Shown one piece after another: positions 62,263 through 64,000 of a stretch of 64,000 nucleotides of DNA. Below the pieces are notes generated by a model that was not told the DNA's origin, did no database searches, and saw nothing but the letters and a program-made list of their open reading frames with translations. Both the position numbers and the translations under genes were made by a program. The stretch's first letter is position 1; each line of letters starts with the position of its first letter. This DNA comes from Hypanus sabinus (lineage: Eukaryota): positions 6,634,001-6,698,000 of the forward strand of contig NC_082738.1 of NCBI RefSeq assembly GCF_030144855.1, in the 5' to 3' direction.

Positions 62263-64000
62263 TCACTGAAAATATGCAAGTTAACTGAAACATAACTGAA
62301 ATAATAACTACACAACAGCACATGCCAACACATTTGCACACATGATACGAAGTTCCATACCATGTGATATTCACACATTGTATGTAAATCTGCTAATGTG
62401 AGGGAGCAAATAAGAGTAGTTGGGGGTGATTAGGATTGGCAACAGGGAATGGGAAGAGTTAACAAAGTGGGAGACTGATATTTGATTCTGATATGGGTCT
62501 TTATTGTGGTCTGAGAGTGGGAAGGGGCAGGGAGAGGGGAATCATGGTTGGGAAAACTGATAGGGAGAGGGGACAGAGTGGGAAGCACCATAGAGACATT
62601 CTGTAATGATCAATAAACCAATTGTTTGGAATCAAATGACTTTGCCTGGTATCTCAGTGCTGGGTGTGTGCCACCCCCCACTCCTGGCACTCCTCCTCTG
62701 CCACCTGTCTCACACCTGTCATGGCACTCCACCCTCACCATTCCCAACATCCTTTGCTCCTGCCAGATTTACAGACTCGCTCTCTGCTCCACGTTGACAA
62801 ATACAGTACCGTGCAAAAGTCTTAGGTAACCTAGCTATATTTATGTGTCTACATACTGCAGGCATATCCAAGAACTGAGATTAGGTACTGGGATTGCTCT
62901 GAATTCAACAGTGCAAATTCTTTTTAGATAATTCTTTCTGCAAAGTTAGGAACCTTGGACCTTCCAAGTGTTTGAATGTAATTTTCATAGTTACCTTCAT
63001 GTTATTATTTATCTATGAGAGCACTTATTTATTACTATGTATCTGACTGTCATCATGTCTTTCTCTGGCCTCTTCTGTTCTCTCATGTTAAGGTATAGTG
63101 TCATCTCAGATACAAAGGTCATTTCATTCATCCATTGCTTCAGTGATGTTCAGGTTCCTCTTCATATGCTTAGTAAGGTCTTTCTTGCTGTTTCTGCGAT
63201 GGGCCTCGTGGAGTGCTGGCCTCATGCAAGTGACTGCTTATTCAATGTTTTGGCAGTCATTCTTTAGCAATTTTAGCCCCTTGAAACTGAATGACTTAAT
63301 ACCCTATATCCTACAATTTGTATTAAGGTTAAGCTGAAGAATTTCGCTCATTGTATGTGCTATTACAATGGGGCCATTGTAATAACCTTAACTATTAAAG
63401 AACCACAGATCCAAAATTGAGCTATTTCTGTTAAGTAACTGAATTCATAATAAAACCCAGTGACTACACCTATTTTTATAAGAAAGAAAATGACCTCATT
63501 AGCAAATGCATGTAATTAAGGTCAAATGGGAGCAAAGACATAGGGTTAGGTCACTGGCCAAATTCCCCGGGAAATTAATGCACTAAATTCTCATACAGCT
63601 GAAGAGATATTCATTTAAATAATTTTCTCAGAACTGTATTCCCCTCTCCATGCATTAACCATATAATCTTTATTAATACCCTATGCCAAGGTGTGGTAAT
63701 AGCTGACAATAGCTGGACTTGACTTAAAACAATTTCTTTAAGTCATATCTTAGTTTCATACAATTACACTCACTTAGGTACAGTTTAGGTATTTTGTCAT
63801 TTAAAGGTACTCAATCGTACTATAAAGTTAGCTGGGGCCCCATTTTGGGATCCACAGACCTCTCAGTTAATGGGAAGGGCCCATGACATAAAAAAGGTTG
63901 GGAACCCCTGATATAGAGCCACACAAAATAGAGACAGGCCCTTTGGTCTACCAAACACCCACTTACATAATAATTCTTCTCTAACCACATTTTATTCTTC

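Overview
This is vertebrate genomic DNA, not prokaryotic. The repeat content (CR1, Rex1/Babar-type LINEs, V-SINE/HE1-like SINEs, Penelope-type terminal repeats) points to a cartilaginous fish, probably a ray; that assignment is an inference. The only host coding sequence I recognise is the first coding exon of PSMD11 (minus strand, 4219-4309). It is absent from the ORF track and sits in a CpG-rich, possibly bidirectional promoter. The remaining ~59 kb upstream of PSMD11 is mostly transposon-derived. It holds two near full-length CR1 LINEs, a four-level nested insertion at 19.0-26.7 kb ending in a young CsRn1-lineage Gypsy element (tRNA-Trp PBS, CHCC Gag, 4-bp TSD, -1 frameshift cassette), a decayed chromoviral Gypsy, a solo LTR, Tigger and hAT MITEs, many Rex1-like fragments, and about ten Penelope-type repeats with a decayed minimal hammerhead-ribozyme motif. 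Other signals are a CTCF site with its upstream module, several candidate exons, and repair-scar-like insertions. Most listed ORFs are TE fragments or their antisense shadows. I see no convincing wholly new multi-gene system; the best leads are RNA-level elements and insertion architecture. Boundaries of decayed repeats are approximate, and family names come from motif recognition, not database searches.
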